DNA from: an uncultured Arcobacter sp.
GTDB lineage: Bacteria; Campylobacterota; Campylobacteria; Campylobacterales; Arcobacteraceae
Direction: 5' to 3'
NCBI GenBank assembly: GCA_965140705.1
Contig: OZ223300.1
Span: 544,001-608,000, forward strand
DNA: 64,000 nucleotides
Below are positions 53,921 to 64,000 of this stretch, in pieces. The notes under the pieces are model-generated. The model did no database searches. It saw only the letters and a list, made by a program, of their open reading frames with translations, and was not told where the DNA came from. The number at the start of each line of letters is the position of its first letter. Within the stretch, counting starts at the first letter, position 1. Position numbers and translations under genes: made by a program.

Positions 53921-54520
53921 ATGAACTACCCAGAATTTTTTGATAAAATTCCCCAAATAAAATTAATAGATAATCTTTCTAGCTTTTTAGGAGCCTTCAG
54001 TGATGGAGAGATTGTTTTCTCATATAAAGAGATAGTAAAAAGTGCAGGGCACTCTTGTCCTACAGTTTTAGGTGTATATCTTATGACTTATAAAGCTTTA
54101 AAAGAGCTGTATTCAAATGAAATACCAGTTCGAGGTGAAATCAAAATAGAGTTTCCTTCTAAACAAAGTGATGGTGTCACAGGAGTTATCTCAAATGTTA
54201 TGTCTAATATAACTGGTGCTACTTATGATACTGGATTTAAAGGTTTGGCTGGTAACTTCGATAGAAGACATTTGATGTTTTTTGAAAAAGATATTTCTTC
54301 AAATGCTAGATTTACAAGGATTGATACAAAAAATAGCGTAGATGTTTTTTATGATATTAGTTCAATAAACATGAGTGAAGAACTTCACTTTTTGATGCAA
54401 AAATCTCTTTCAAAAAAAGCAAATGAAAAAGAGATAAAAGAGTTTGGAAAACTTTGGCAAAAAAGAGTTGAAGAGATATTTAATAAAGTTGATGAGGTAA
54501 TAAGTGTAGTTAAAGTTTAA
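53921..54520 (+). CDS. FmdE-like putative metal-binding protein
   Basis: AGHSCPTVLG resembles the FmdE HxCP motif. Confidence 0.55.
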   Translation: MNYPEFFDKIPQIKLIDNLSSFLGAFSDGEIVFSYKEIVKSAGHSCPTVLGVYLMTYKALKELYSNEIPVRGEIKIEFPSKQSDGVTGVISNVMSNITGATYDTGFKGLAGNFDRRHLMFFEKDISSNARFTRIDTKNSVDVFYDISSINMSEELHFLMQKSLSKKANEKEIKEFGKLWQKRVEEIFNKVDEVISVVKV

Positions 54521-54534
54521 CTACACTTTTTATT

Positions 54535-55497
54535 TTATAGTCCTACTATATCTCTGATTTTTTCCATTTTAGCTTTTGCTATTTTGCCAGCTTTCTCAGC
54601 TCCAAATGCAAGTATTTCATGCACTTCTTTTGGATTATTTAAAAGCTCTTGTCTTCTTTGGGCATATGGTTCAAAATGTTCATTAATTTTATCTAATAGG
54701 GTCATTTTAAAGTGTCCATATCCTTCACCAGGAGTTGCATATCTTTCTCTTAGCTCTGCTAATTCTTCTTCATTCATAAATAGTTCACTAAGTTTATAAA
54801 TATTACAAGTTGAAGGATCTTTTACATCCTCTAATCCTTTAGAATCAGTTACTATTCCCATAACTTGTTTCTTGATTGTTTTGGCATTTCCAAACATATC
54901 AATTGTATTCCCATAAGATTTTGACATTTTTGCTCCATCAGTTCCAGGAACTGTTGCAACAACTTCATCAACTTTTGCTTCTGGTAATACTAAAATATCA
55001 GTTTTATAGTGGTTATTAAAACTATTTGCTATATCCCTTGTCATCTCCACATGTTGGATTTGATCTTTTCCAACTGGTACAATATTTGAGTCATATACTA
55101 AAATATCAGCAGCCATAAGTACAGGATAAGAAAATAGTCCATGATTTGTTTGGAATCCACGAGCTACTTTATCTTTATAAGAATGTGCTCGTTCAAGTAA
55201 ACCCATAGATGTATGATTTGATAAAAGCCAGTATAACTCTAGTACTTCTTTTACATGGTGTTGTACCCAAAAAGTTGATTTTTCTGGATCCATTCCAAGT
55301 GCTAAAAAGTTTACTGCTACTTCAAAGATATTTTTTTCTAAAACTTCTTTTTCTTTAACAGTTGTCAAGGCATGATATGAAGCAATAAAGGCAAAAAGTT
55401 CACCATCATCTTGCGATTCAATCATTTTTTTAATCATTCCAAAGTAGTTACCTATATGAATAATTCCTGAGGGTTGTATTCCTGAAAGTATTCTCAA
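54535..55497 (-). CDS. trpS: Tryptophan--tRNA ligase
   Basis: SGIQPSG, HIGNY, YPVLMAADI, GKDQ, KMSKS. Confidence 0.98.
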   Translation of the reverse strand: MRILSGIQPSGIIHIGNYFGMIKKMIESQDDGELFAFIASYHALTTVKEKEVLEKNIFEVAVNFLALGMDPEKSTFWVQHHVKEVLELYWLLSNHTSMGLLERAHSYKDKVARGFQTNHGLFSYPVLMAADILVYDSNIVPVGKDQIQHVEMTRDIANSFNNHYKTDILVLPEAKVDEVVATVPGTDGAKMSKSYGNTIDMFGNAKTIKKQVMGIVTDSKGLEDVKDPSTCNIYKLSELFMNEEELAELRERYATPGEGYGHFKMTLLDKINEHFEPYAQRRQELLNNPKEVHEILAFGAEKAGKIAKAKMEKIRDIVGL

Positions 55498-55531
55498 ATC
55501 TTAATCCTTATAAAAAATTTCAGAATTATAC

Positions 55532-56824
55532 CTAATTGTTGATTTGTGTTAGATTTAGTCTCTCTTTGATTTTATTTTGGATTAGTTCTAAGTGAACCAT
55601 CAAGTTATAATATTCACCCATAAAAGATAAGGGAACTTTTGTCTCTTTTTGTATTTCAATACTTAACTCATCAAGCTCATTATTAAAGCTTTCAAGCTCT
55701 TCATTATTTGCTGTGGCTATTTTTTTGTCAATTCTGTTTAATATTTTATACCATCTATATATTTTTGAACGCATACTCCATTGGTATAAAGGGAAAACAC
55801 CTTTAAAAAGTGGAAACATCAAAGTTAATAATGGGATTAAAAGAAGTTTTAATCTATCAATATTAGAGGCAATCCAATAGGGGAATATTGTCTCTAACCA
55901 AGTATCTCCATGGGTAAAATACTGTTTTGCCTCTTTGTTTATTTTAAGGTTAGTATTTAACAAATTGGGGAATTGATTCTCTTTTGCAAATAAAGACTCT
56001 TTTGAATGTATTAGTTTAACTTGTTTTAAAAAAAGTCGAGTAAGTTCTGCTGGAACATTTTTATTAACTAATAAACTAGCACTTGTAGATAATAAATTTA
56101 TATTTTCATCTGGAATATTTTTATATAAATCAAGTGTTCCCTCATAAAGAGTTAATGCTGTCAAGAATCCATATTTCTGTCCATAAGCTTTTGCTCTTTT
56201 TATACTTAAAACATTTATTTTTGGATTTTCAAGTAACTCTTTTACTACAGGTGATTTATGTGAAGTTACCATAAACATAGCATCAATTTTACCATCAAGA
56301 AGCATTTTTTTTGAAGTTTGTGTATCAAGGGATAAAATTGTGCTATTGCTATTGTCTATTCCATTGTCTTGTAGAAGTTTCATAGCTAAATCTTTTGTGC
56401 CACTACCATCTTCACCAATAGATATTTTTTTAGTGATTAATTGAATAAGATAATCAATTGTATATTGGTCATTTTTATAAAATATCCATAAGGGTTCATA
56501 ATAAATATTCCCCAAAAATTCTATATTTGGTTCTGTAGCATCTATTATGCCATTTTGTGCAAAGGCAATATCTGCTTTTCCTTCTTTGAGAAGTTTTATA
56601 TTTTCTACTGAACCTTTTGTAATAAGTAAAGTTACATCTATTTTGTTCTCTTCTAAAAGTTTTTTATACTCTTTTGCTATTTTATAATAATTGCCATCTT
56701 TTGCCCCAGTTGCAATAACTAGTTTTTTTATAGGAGCTGGTTGAATAAACTTTGAGGTTATAGCAAACATAGCAATAATAACAATCAAAATTGGAATAGA
56801 TATTTTTAAAAAACCATATTTCAT
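55532..56824 (-). CDS. TAXI family TRAP solute-binding protein with N-terminal anchor and C-terminal TM extension
   Basis: IATGAKDGNY, TKGSVEN, YYEPLWIF, GSGT. Confidence 0.8.
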   Translation of the reverse strand: MKYGFLKISIPILIVIIAMFAITSKFIQPAPIKKLVIATGAKDGNYYKIAKEYKKLLEENKIDVTLLITKGSVENIKLLKEGKADIAFAQNGIIDATEPNIEFLGNIYYEPLWIFYKNDQYTIDYLIQLITKKISIGEDGSGTKDLAMKLLQDNGIDNSNSTILSLDTQTSKKMLLDGKIDAMFMVTSHKSPVVKELLENPKINVLSIKRAKAYGQKYGFLTALTLYEGTLDLYKNIPDENINLLSTSASLLVNKNVPAELTRLFLKQVKLIHSKESLFAKENQFPNLLNTNLKINKEAKQYFTHGDTWLETIFPYWIASNIDRLKLLLIPLLTLMFPLFKGVFPLYQWSMRSKIYRWYKILNRIDKKIATANNEELESFNNELDELSIEIQKETKVPLSFMGEYYNLMVHLELIQNKIKERLNLTQINN

Positions 56825-56938
56825 AAATCTTCCTTATAACAAATACTTTATATTAATTGTAATTATAACATGATAAAAAATTTGATTTGTAGATAACTTT
56901 TGTTATAATTCGCGAAATATTTAAAGAAAAGTAGAAAA

Positions 56939-58183
56939 ATGATTGATATTAAACTATTACAAAAAGATTTTGATGGAGTTGCAACAGCTTTAAATAGAAA
57001 AGGTGTTAGCCAAGATATTTTAGATAATTTAAAAGCCCTTTCAGTTGATGCAAAAGCTAAAAGACAAGAGATGGAAAATGTAACTGCTGAACAAAATTCT
57101 TTATCAAAAGAGTTTGGTAGATATAGAAAAGAGGGGCTAGATATTGCACCTTTACAAGAAAATATTAATAAACTTAAAAATCAAAAACAAGAGTTTGAAG
57201 AGCAAGTTAGAGTTTTAGAAGAAGAACTTTCATCTATAATTCTAGGTGTTCCAAATATGCCAGATAGTGATGTACCAGATGGTGCAGATGAGAATGAAAA
57301 TGTAGTATTAGAAACTATTGGAGAAAAACCAAACTTTTCTTTTGAGCCAAAAGAGCATTGGGATTTAGGTGAAAGTAATGGAACGCTAGATTTTACAAGA
57401 GGTGTAAAACTTGCAAAATCAAGATTTACAGCTATGAGAGGGCAAGCTGCAAAATTAGAGAGAGCACTTATTAACTATATGCTTAAGTTTAACGCAGAAC
57501 GAGGTTTTGAAGAGTGGTATGTTCCCTTTATGGCAAATACAAATACACTTCAAGGAACTGGACAACTACCAAAATTTGGTGATGATTTATTTAAAATTGA
57601 GGGTGAAGATTTATATTTGATTCCAACTGCTGAGGTTGCTTTAACAAACCTTTATAATGATGAAATCATACCAGTAGAAGAGTTACCTTATCTTATGACT
57701 TCTTATACTCCTTGTTTTAGAAAAGAAGCTGGAAGTGCAGGAAGAGATACTAGAGGATTGATTCGTCAACATCAGTTTGATAAAGTTGAAATGGTAGCTA
57801 TTACTACACAAGAACAAAGTGAAGAGGTATTTGACAAAATGGTTGCTTGTGCAAGTGATTTATTGACTTCTCTTGGACTTGCTCACCAAAAAGTTATGCT
57901 TTGTACTGGAGATTTAGGATTTAGTGCTACAAGAACTATTGACTTAGAAGTTTGGTTACCAGGTCAAGGTAAATATAGAGAAATCTCTTCAATTTCAAAT
58001 ACAAGAGATTTCCAAGCAAGACGAGCAAAAATAAGATATAAAGATGGTAAGAAAAATATCTTAGCTCACACATTAAATGGCTCTTCTTTAGCAGTTGGGC
58101 GAACACTTGTGGCTATTATGGAAAACTATCAACAAGAAGATGGAACTATTACTATTCCAGAAGTTTTAAAAAAATATATGTAA
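56939..58183 (+). CDS. serS: Serine--tRNA ligase
   Basis: [33 protein letters not shown]. Confidence 0.98.
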   Translation: MIDIKLLQKDFDGVATALNRKGVSQDILDNLKALSVDAKAKRQEMENVTAEQNSLSKEFGRYRKEGLDIAPLQENINKLKNQKQEFEEQVRVLEEELSSIILGVPNMPDSDVPDGADENENVVLETIGEKPNFSFEPKEHWDLGESNGTLDFTRGVKLAKSRFTAMRGQAAKLERALINYMLKFNAERGFEEWYVPFMANTNTLQGTGQLPKFGDDLFKIEGEDLYLIPTAEVALTNLYNDEIIPVEELPYLMTSYTPCFRKEAGSAGRDTRGLIRQHQFDKVEMVAITTQEQSEEVFDKMVACASDLLTSLGLAHQKVMLCTGDLGFSATRTIDLEVWLPGQGKYREISSISNTRDFQARRAKIRYKDGKKNILAHTLNGSSLAVGRTLVAIMENYQQEDGTITIPEVLKKYM

Positions 58184-58211
58184 AAAGTAGAAATCTATTT
58201 TCTACTTTTTA
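58181..58211. terminator. Bidirectional terminator between serS and the XRE regulator
   Basis: TAAAAAGTAGAAA-tctat-TTTCTACTTTTTA. Confidence 0.75.
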
Positions 58212-58802
58212 AAAAGAAACAGGAGTAATTACAGATAAATAAGAGGCTTTTTTTGAACTTCTATTTTCTATTTTATGTGGAATTTCAGGATTGAATCTTA
58301 TACAATCACCCTGAGATAAGGCAAACTCTTTTTCATTTAAAGTAACAACAATCTCACCTTCTAATACATAATCACACTCTTCACCACCTTTAGTGTGAGG
58401 AATCAACTCTTCAGTTATTCTATTTGGTTCCATATTTACTTGCAAGAATTCAATCTCACCTTGTAAATCAGGGACAAGTAGTTCACAAGTATATTGAGGA
58501 TCAGGGAAAGATATTTTCTTTCTTTGGTCTTTTCTTACAACATAAGAGTTTTCATTATCTAGATTTTTTGGGCTTGTTGCCAAATCACTATCTTCACTGT
58601 TTGTAAATAAATGGGCAATAGTTACACCTAAAACCTTTGCAATTTTTCTTAGAGTCTCAACTGAACCTTGTGTTGATCCACTTTCTAAAAGTGAAAGCAT
58701 TCCATATGAGATACCAGCATTTTTTGCTAGTTCTTTTGCATTCATCTTTTTTTCTTTTCTAAGAAATTTTATTTTTTTACCTACATTAAATTCTTCAGTC
58801 AA
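58209..58802 (-). CDS. XRE-family HTH regulator with cupin sensor domain (start moved to TTG 58802)
   Basis: N-terminal HTH (ELAKNAGISYGMLSLLESG); cupin (H...GEE...VLEG...GD...PH). Confidence 0.9.
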   Translation of the reverse strand: MTEEFNVGKKIKFLRKEKKMNAKELAKNAGISYGMLSLLESGSTQGSVETLRKIAKVLGVTIAHLFTNSEDSDLATSPKNLDNENSYVVRKDQRKKISFPDPQYTCELLVPDLQGEIEFLQVNMEPNRITEELIPHTKGGEECDYVLEGEIVVTLNEKEFALSQGDCIRFNPEIPHKIENRSSKKASYLSVITPVSF

Positions 58803-58896
58803 AATCTGCCCTTTAAGTAATAATTTCAATTCTAACATAAATTTTCTTAACCAAATAAAATATAATATTTAACTAAATTAAACTATTTAATAAAAA

Positions 58897-59003
58897 TTTG
58901 TATAATTTTTATACAAAAAGTTACTAAAAATCATAAAATATATGTTATTATTTAATTATATTAAAATATTTAATTAAAATGTAGTATATTTTAATATAAT
59001 TAA
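58897..59003. promoter_or_regulatory. Two perfect inverted repeats in the divergent promoter region (candidate operators)
   Basis: TTTGTATAA-N3-TTATACAAA (58897-58917); TTAATTATATTAAAATAT-N16-ATATTTTAATATAATTAA (58952-59003). Confidence 0.5.
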
Positions 59004-59020
59004 CATATCATGGATTTAAA

Positions 59021-60166
59021 ATGTTTAATAGTATTAAAAAGAATGTTGTGATTATAGGTGCAGGTTATAGTGGTATTTCCTTAGTTGAGAAAATCAGTAA
59101 CAATAAAAATCTTGAAATAACTTTGATAGATAAAAATCTACATCATTTACATCAAACTGATATTCATAAATATATAAGTGGAGAATGTGAATTAGAAGAT
59201 ATATCTTTTAATTTAGAGACATATTGTATGAATAAAAATATTAAATTTATTGAAGCTTTTGTAAAAGATATTGAATTTAAAACGAAAAGAGTAATTCTAA
59301 ACAATGACAAAAATCTAAAATATGATTATTTAGTTATTGCAACTGGAAGTAAATCATTCTTTCCAAATCAAATAAAAAATATTCAAGAGTATAAAGCTGA
59401 TATAAAAGAGATAAATATACTAAAAGAGCAAAGAGCAAAATTTTTAGATATTTTGCACTCAAAAAAGAAAGGGAAAAATATTGCAATTGTAGGCGGTGGA
59501 TTATCTGGTGTTGAGATTGCTTTAGAATTTGCAAATGTAATAAAAAAAAGAGGTTTGACAAAGAAAGATTGTGAAATTTCTTTAATCGAACAATTTCCAG
59601 ATGTGTTACCAAATATGGACTCTTTTTTAGTGAATCAGGCAAGAAAAGCTTGTGATAAATTAAATATCAAAAGGTATCATGGAGCTTTTGTTAATGAGGT
59701 AAAAGAGAACACAATTTATTTAAGTGATTCAAGTGAGATTCCATTTGATATGGTACTTTTTTTGATAGGAGTTTCTAGTGAAAAATTATCAAATGATGAA
59801 AGAGCACAAACTAATATTAAAAATCAATTTTTGGTTGATGAATATTTACGACTAATAAATTATGAAGAGGTTTTTGTTATGGGAGATGTGGCAGAAACAA
59901 AAGATAAAAATGGAAATTATGTTTTACCAACAGCACAAATTGCAAAATTACATGCAAATATAGTGGCTGAGAATTTATTAAATTCTATAGGGGGAAACTT
60001 ATTGATTAAAAATAAATCACAGACAAAAGGAGTTATGGTAGATTTGGCAGATAAAAATACAGTAGGAATAGTTTTAGGTATAAAAGTAAAGGGCTTTATA
60101 GCTTACTTTTTAAAAAGATATATAAGTAACACACACAAAAAAATATTTAATTATTATAAAGGATAA
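59021..60166 (+). CDS. NDH-2-like NAD(P)/FAD-dependent oxidoreductase
   Basis: IGAGYSG, YDYLVIATGS, VGGGLSGVE, GDVA, PTAQIA. Confidence 0.85.
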   Translation: MFNSIKKNVVIIGAGYSGISLVEKISNNKNLEITLIDKNLHHLHQTDIHKYISGECELEDISFNLETYCMNKNIKFIEAFVKDIEFKTKRVILNNDKNLKYDYLVIATGSKSFFPNQIKNIQEYKADIKEINILKEQRAKFLDILHSKKKGKNIAIVGGGLSGVEIALEFANVIKKRGLTKKDCEISLIEQFPDVLPNMDSFLVNQARKACDKLNIKRYHGAFVNEVKENTIYLSDSSEIPFDMVLFLIGVSSEKLSNDERAQTNIKNQFLVDEYLRLINYEEVFVMGDVAETKDKNGNYVLPTAQIAKLHANIVAENLLNSIGGNLLIKNKSQTKGVMVDLADKNTVGIVLGIKVKGFIAYFLKRYISNTHKKIFNYYKG

Positions 60167-60170
60167 GAAG

Positions 60171-61277
60171 ATGAAAATTGGATTAGTAAAAGAGATTAAA
60201 GTACATGAGTATAGAGTTGGTTTAACACCTGATGATGTTGCAGCATATGTAAATAACGGACATACTGTTTTTGTTGAAATTGATGCAGGTATTGGGGCTG
60301 GATTTGAAAATGAAGAGTATGTAAAAGCTGGTGGAATAATTGTTGAAGATAAACAAAAACTTTTTGATGATTCTGAAATGATTGTAAAAGTAAAAGAACC
60401 ATTACCAGAGGAGTATGATTTCTTCCATGAAGGTCAAATCTTATATACATATTTACATATAGCAGCTGATAAACCACAAGCTGAAATGCTACTGTCTAAA
60501 AAAGTAAAAGCAGTAGCATATGAAACTATTACATCTGCTGAGGGTGGATTACCTTGTCTAACTCCTATGAGTGAGATTGCAGGAAGATTAGCAGCTCAAG
60601 AGGGCGCAAAATATTTAGAAAAACCATTTGGTGGAAGAGGTGTTTTATTAGGTGGAGTTCCAGGTGTTCAAAAGGGTAATGTTGTAATTATTGGTGGTGG
60701 AATGGTTGGACTTAATGCTTGTAAAATGTGTGTAGGATTAGGTGCAAATGTAACTGTTATGGATATTTCAGCTTCAAGATTAGCTTATTATGATGATTTA
60801 TTTGGTTCAAAAGTAAATACTTTATTTTCAAATAGATCAAATATCTTAAAATCAATCAAAGAAGCAGATTTAATAATAGGTGCTGTTTTAATTCCAGGTG
60901 CTGCTGCTCCTAAACTTATCTCTAAAGATGATTTAAAACTTATGAAAAAAAATGCAGTTGTAGTTGATGTTGCAATTGACCAAGGTGGTTGTTTTGAAAC
61001 TTCAAAAGCTACTTATCATGATAATCCAACTTATGTGGTAAATGATGTATTGCATTATTGTGTTGCAAATATGCCAGGAGCTGTATCTTTAACTTCTACT
61101 TTAGCATTAACAGCTACTACCTTAAGACATGGTTTAGCAATTGCTAATAAAGGTTTAGAAAAAGCATTAGCTGATGATAAACACTTATTAAATGGTCTTA
61201 ATACTTATGATGGGAAATTGACAAATGAAGCTGTTGCAAAAAGTTTAAATATTGCATATGAACCTGTAACTTTCTAA
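60171..61277 (+). CDS. ald: Alanine dehydrogenase
   Basis: KEIKVHEYRV, KVKEP, MSEIAGR, DVAIDQGG, VANMPGAV. Confidence 0.97.
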   Translation: MKIGLVKEIKVHEYRVGLTPDDVAAYVNNGHTVFVEIDAGIGAGFENEEYVKAGGIIVEDKQKLFDDSEMIVKVKEPLPEEYDFFHEGQILYTYLHIAADKPQAEMLLSKKVKAVAYETITSAEGGLPCLTPMSEIAGRLAAQEGAKYLEKPFGGRGVLLGGVPGVQKGNVVIIGGGMVGLNACKMCVGLGANVTVMDISASRLAYYDDLFGSKVNTLFSNRSNILKSIKEADLIIGAVLIPGAAAPKLISKDDLKLMKKNAVVVDVAIDQGGCFETSKATYHDNPTYVVNDVLHYCVANMPGAVSLTSTLALTATTLRHGLAIANKGLEKALADDKHLLNGLNTYDGKLTNEAVAKSLNIAYEPVTF

Positions 61278-61293
61278 ATTAACTATAAATTTT

Positions 61294-61325
61294 TTAAAGC
61301 CAATAATTTATATTATTGGCTTTAA
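61294..61325 (+). terminator. Terminator after ald
   Basis: TTAAAGCCAATAAT-ttat-ATTATTGGCTTTAA. Confidence 0.75.
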
Positions 61326-61370
61326 TTTAATATTACTTTTGTATAATTTTTCCTTTTTTAAGGAATCTTC

Positions 61371-62000
61371 ATGTTTGATTATATAAATATATCAATTTTA
61401 GCAATTTTTATCCCAACTTTCTTTTTTGTTTCAATTACTCCAGGAATGTGTATGACTTTATCTTTAAGTATGGGGATGAGCATTGGTTTGAAAAAAACAA
61501 TGTATATGATGATAGGAGAACTTTTGGGAGTAGGGTTAGTTGCCACTTCTTCAGTTATTGGTGTTGCTGCTATTATGCTAAATCATCCAACTATTTTTTT
61601 AGTTTTAAAATATTGTGGAGGGGCTTATTTAATATATTTAGGTGTAACTATGTGGTTATCAAGAGGAAAAATGGCTTTAAATTTAGAAGAGTGTAGTTTT
61701 AATGTTTCTAGAAGGAATCTTGCTATGCAAGGTTTTGTAACAGCAATTGCAAATCCAAAAGGCTGGGCTTTTTTTATCGCTTTATTACCACCATTTATTG
61801 ATGAAAATTTAGCTTATGTACCCCAATTAGCTGTTTTGATATTTTTGATACTTTTACTTGAATTTTCTTGTTTGATTATATATGCCACGGGTGGAACTAC
61901 TTTAAGAAAGTTATTACAAAACTCTTCAAATGTAAAACTATTAAATAAAATAGCTGGTTCTATGATGATAGGAATAGGAATTTGGTTAGCCTTAACCTAA
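61371..62000 (+). CDS. LysE/RhtB family exporter
   Basis: ITPG, GGAYLIYLG, ANPKGWAFF. Confidence 0.9.
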   Translation: MFDYINISILAIFIPTFFFVSITPGMCMTLSLSMGMSIGLKKTMYMMIGELLGVGLVATSSVIGVAAIMLNHPTIFLVLKYCGGAYLIYLGVTMWLSRGKMALNLEECSFNVSRRNLAMQGFVTAIANPKGWAFFIALLPPFIDENLAYVPQLAVLIFLILLLEFSCLIIYATGGTTLRKLLQNSSNVKLLNKIAGSMMIGIGIWLALT

Positions 62001-62012
62001 ATTCCTATAAAA

Positions 62013-64000
62013 TTATTTTTTCCCATTAAATTCACTTTCATTTACATTTTCTACAACTTTATTTGCAATTTCATTTGTATCATTTGAGATTTTATTTGTC
62101 TCTTCAGCTACTTGGGCATTTTGTTGAGTAAATTTATCTAAATTGTTTATTGTTTCACTAATACTAATCATTGCTTCAGTTTGTTCTTTTGCTCCACTTG
62201 CAACATCATTAATGATTATATTTGTTTCATTTATTTTTTCTTCTAATTTTTCAAATCCAGCAATCATACTAGTACTAATTTCTTTACCTTCTAGGGTTTG
62301 TTGACTAGCTGATTCAACTAAATCTTTTATTTCCTTAGCTGCTTCTGCACTTCTTGAAGCTAAATTTCTCACTTCCTGTGCAACAACTGCAAATCCTTTT
62401 CCTGCTTCTCCTGCTGTTGCTGCTTCAACAGCTGCATTAAGTGATAGAATATTTGTTTGGAAAGCAATTTGATCAATTAAAGCAATTGATTCATTAATAG
62501 TTTGAACTTTTTCGTTTATTTGATCCATTGCTAAAACAGTTTTATTAGCAAGGTCTTTACCTAAACTTGATGACTCTTTAGTTTCAGAAGAGATTGTAAA
62601 CATATTTTGTGCTTTTTGGCTAGTTTGATTTACATTTGCTGTAACTTCTGTAACAGAAGCTGCCACTTCTTCCAATGAAGCTGCTTGATTTGTAGCATTT
62701 TTACTTAAGACAGTAACATTATTTGATAATTCACTTGCTGTATCTCTTAATTTTATTCCATCTTCTTGATTATTTAATAGCATATCTGTAATAATACTAT
62801 TCATTATTGCAATTTCGTAACCAATTTTACCATTAGTTTCTTTCTCAAGATTTTTAGTAAAATCTTTTTTTGCATATTGTTCTAAGACAGAACTTAATTC
62901 ATTTATATCTCTTCCTACAAACTCTTCTAAATTGTGTAGCATATTATTTATAAGATCTTTTAATTCATTTAAAGATGGAGTATTACTCGTAGCTTTAATT
63001 CTATTTGATAAAATTCCGTTACTTATATCATTTACTACATCTTTTACATTTGAAATCAGATTTTTGTCTTTTGTTAGATTAGTTTTTGTTGCTTCAATAT
63101 TTTCATTAATAACTTTTGCCATATTACCAATTTCATCATTACTATTAATATTGATATTTGAAACATCACTTTTTGTTTGATTTAGATATGCAAAAAAATC
63201 TAATAATCCGTTTTGAAAGTTTAACAAGGGTTTAGAAACCATTTTATTCATTAAAACATAAAGTACAACTTGTAAAAGTATAGTTAAAATAATTGTAGCT
63301 ATGATAAACATTATTTGAACTTTTTCTGCTATTGCTAAAAATTCATCTTCATTTGAACCTACTACAATAGTCCAATCCCATTTATCATAAGTAGTAAAGG
63401 CAGCAATCTTTTTCGTTGTTGTATTATTTTCAACATAGTTATAATGAATAACACCATTTTTCTTTTTTAGAATTTCTTGAATAAAGTTTTTATTATCTGC
63501 ATCTTTTAAATTAAATACATTTTTGCCTTCTAAAGATTTATGAAGAATTAAATTTCCTTTTTTATCAAGAATATAGATATATCCAGTATCCCCAATAATT
63601 ACTTTTTTTAACTCTTTTTTTAGTGTTTCTAAGCCTTTTGTGAAATCATATCCAATATATAAAGCTCCAATTATCTCATTATCTTTTATAATAGGTGAAT
63701 AAATAGACATATATGTTTTTCCAGCAATTTTTTCTAAGCCAACAAATTTCTCTTTATTCTCAATCTTTTTATAAATTTTCCCATTTGGGTCAATTTTATT
63801 TACTAAAATTCTTTCACCTTTTTCATCTAATATAGAAGATGAAATATTTGTATATTGATTTTCATCTTTAACATATACAGCAGAAATGGCACCTGTCAAT
63901 TCTTTAAATCGATCAACCCTTCCAAAAGATTTATTTAGCATTGCAAATCCATCATAAAGAGTTAATGTTTCAACACCATTTATTTTAATTTTATTTGTTC
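62013..64000 (-). CDS. Methyl-accepting chemotaxis protein with Cache sensor domains (5' truncated by window)
   Basis: IAFQTNILSLNAAVEAATAGEAGKGFAVVAQEVR; frame stays open from 63941 to the window edge. Confidence 0.95.
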   Translation of the reverse strand, partial: TNKIKINGVETLTLYDGFAMLNKSFGRVDRFKELTGAISAVYVKDENQYTNISSSILDEKGERILVNKIDPNGKIYKKIENKEKFVGLEKIAGKTYMSIYSPIIKDNEIIGALYIGYDFTKGLETLKKELKKVIIGDTGYIYILDKKGNLILHKSLEGKNVFNLKDADNKNFIQEILKKKNGVIHYNYVENNTTTKKIAAFTTYDKWDWTIVVGSNEDEFLAIAEKVQIMFIIATIILTILLQVVLYVLMNKMVSKPLLNFQNGLLDFFAYLNQTKSDVSNININSNDEIGNMAKVINENIEATKTNLTKDKNLISNVKDVVNDISNGILSNRIKATSNTPSLNELKDLINNMLHNLEEFVGRDINELSSVLEQYAKKDFTKNLEKETNGKIGYEIAIMNSIITDMLLNNQEDGIKLRDTASELSNNVTVLSKNATNQAASLEEVAASVTEVTANVNQTSQKAQNMFTISSETKESSSLGKDLANKTVLAMDQINEKVQTINESIALIDQIAFQTNILSLNAAVEAATAGEAGKGFAVVAQEVRNLASRSAEAAKEIKDLVESASQQTLEGKEISTSMIAGFEKLEEKINETNIIINDVASGAKEQTEAMISISETINNLDKFTQQNAQVAEETNKISNDTNEIANKVVENVNESEFNGKK

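Noticed and set aside
55498..56870. Similar TCCTTATAA/AATTATA strings upstream of trpS and the TAXI gene as an insertion duplication
   Set aside because: Explained by ordinary RBS and -10 sequences in AT-rich DNA.
1..64000. CRISPR arrays, tRNA/rRNA genes, IS elements, prophage or defence genes
   Set aside because: No spaced repeats, cloverleafs, transposase, integrase or defence motifs seen; intergenic gaps are all short.

Overview
AT-rich Campylobacterota chromosome segment, most consistent with Arcobacteraceae by gene order and protein sequences. It is mostly housekeeping: lpxC(partial)-tsaB-thrB-ylxR-infB-rbfA-rimP-lysE-ribD; pheST-aroA-ispH-rpsA-serA-efp; fabG-acpP-fabF-accA; moeA-queCDE; petABC; argB-thrC; an AddA-like helicase-nuclease; metE-ilvA-atpB; trmD-rplS; an SPL-like radical SAM/znuCB/dedA/SDR/mgtE run; coaX-hisG; trpS/serS; an XRE-cupin regulator divergent from ndh-like/ald; and a partial MCP. 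I saw no tRNA, rRNA, CRISPR array, transposase or phage gene. Main signals: (1) a two-subunit cytochrome bd-superfamily complex (CydA-like fused to cytochrome c, plus a second CydA-like subunit) followed by an orphan OmpR-type regulator. Its promoter architecture recurs on the opposite strand in front of an ORF-free structured region that looks like an anti-Shine-Dalgarno sRNA. (2) A 115-aa Cys-rich leader ORF ending in RRTGVHPP directly upstream of metE, a candidate ribosome-arrest regulator. (3) Two gene insertions marked by duplicated junction sequence (lysE, patatin). (4) A local codon-bias switch in ribD next to a long MITE-like hairpin. All calls come from reading the sequence; no database searches were run.
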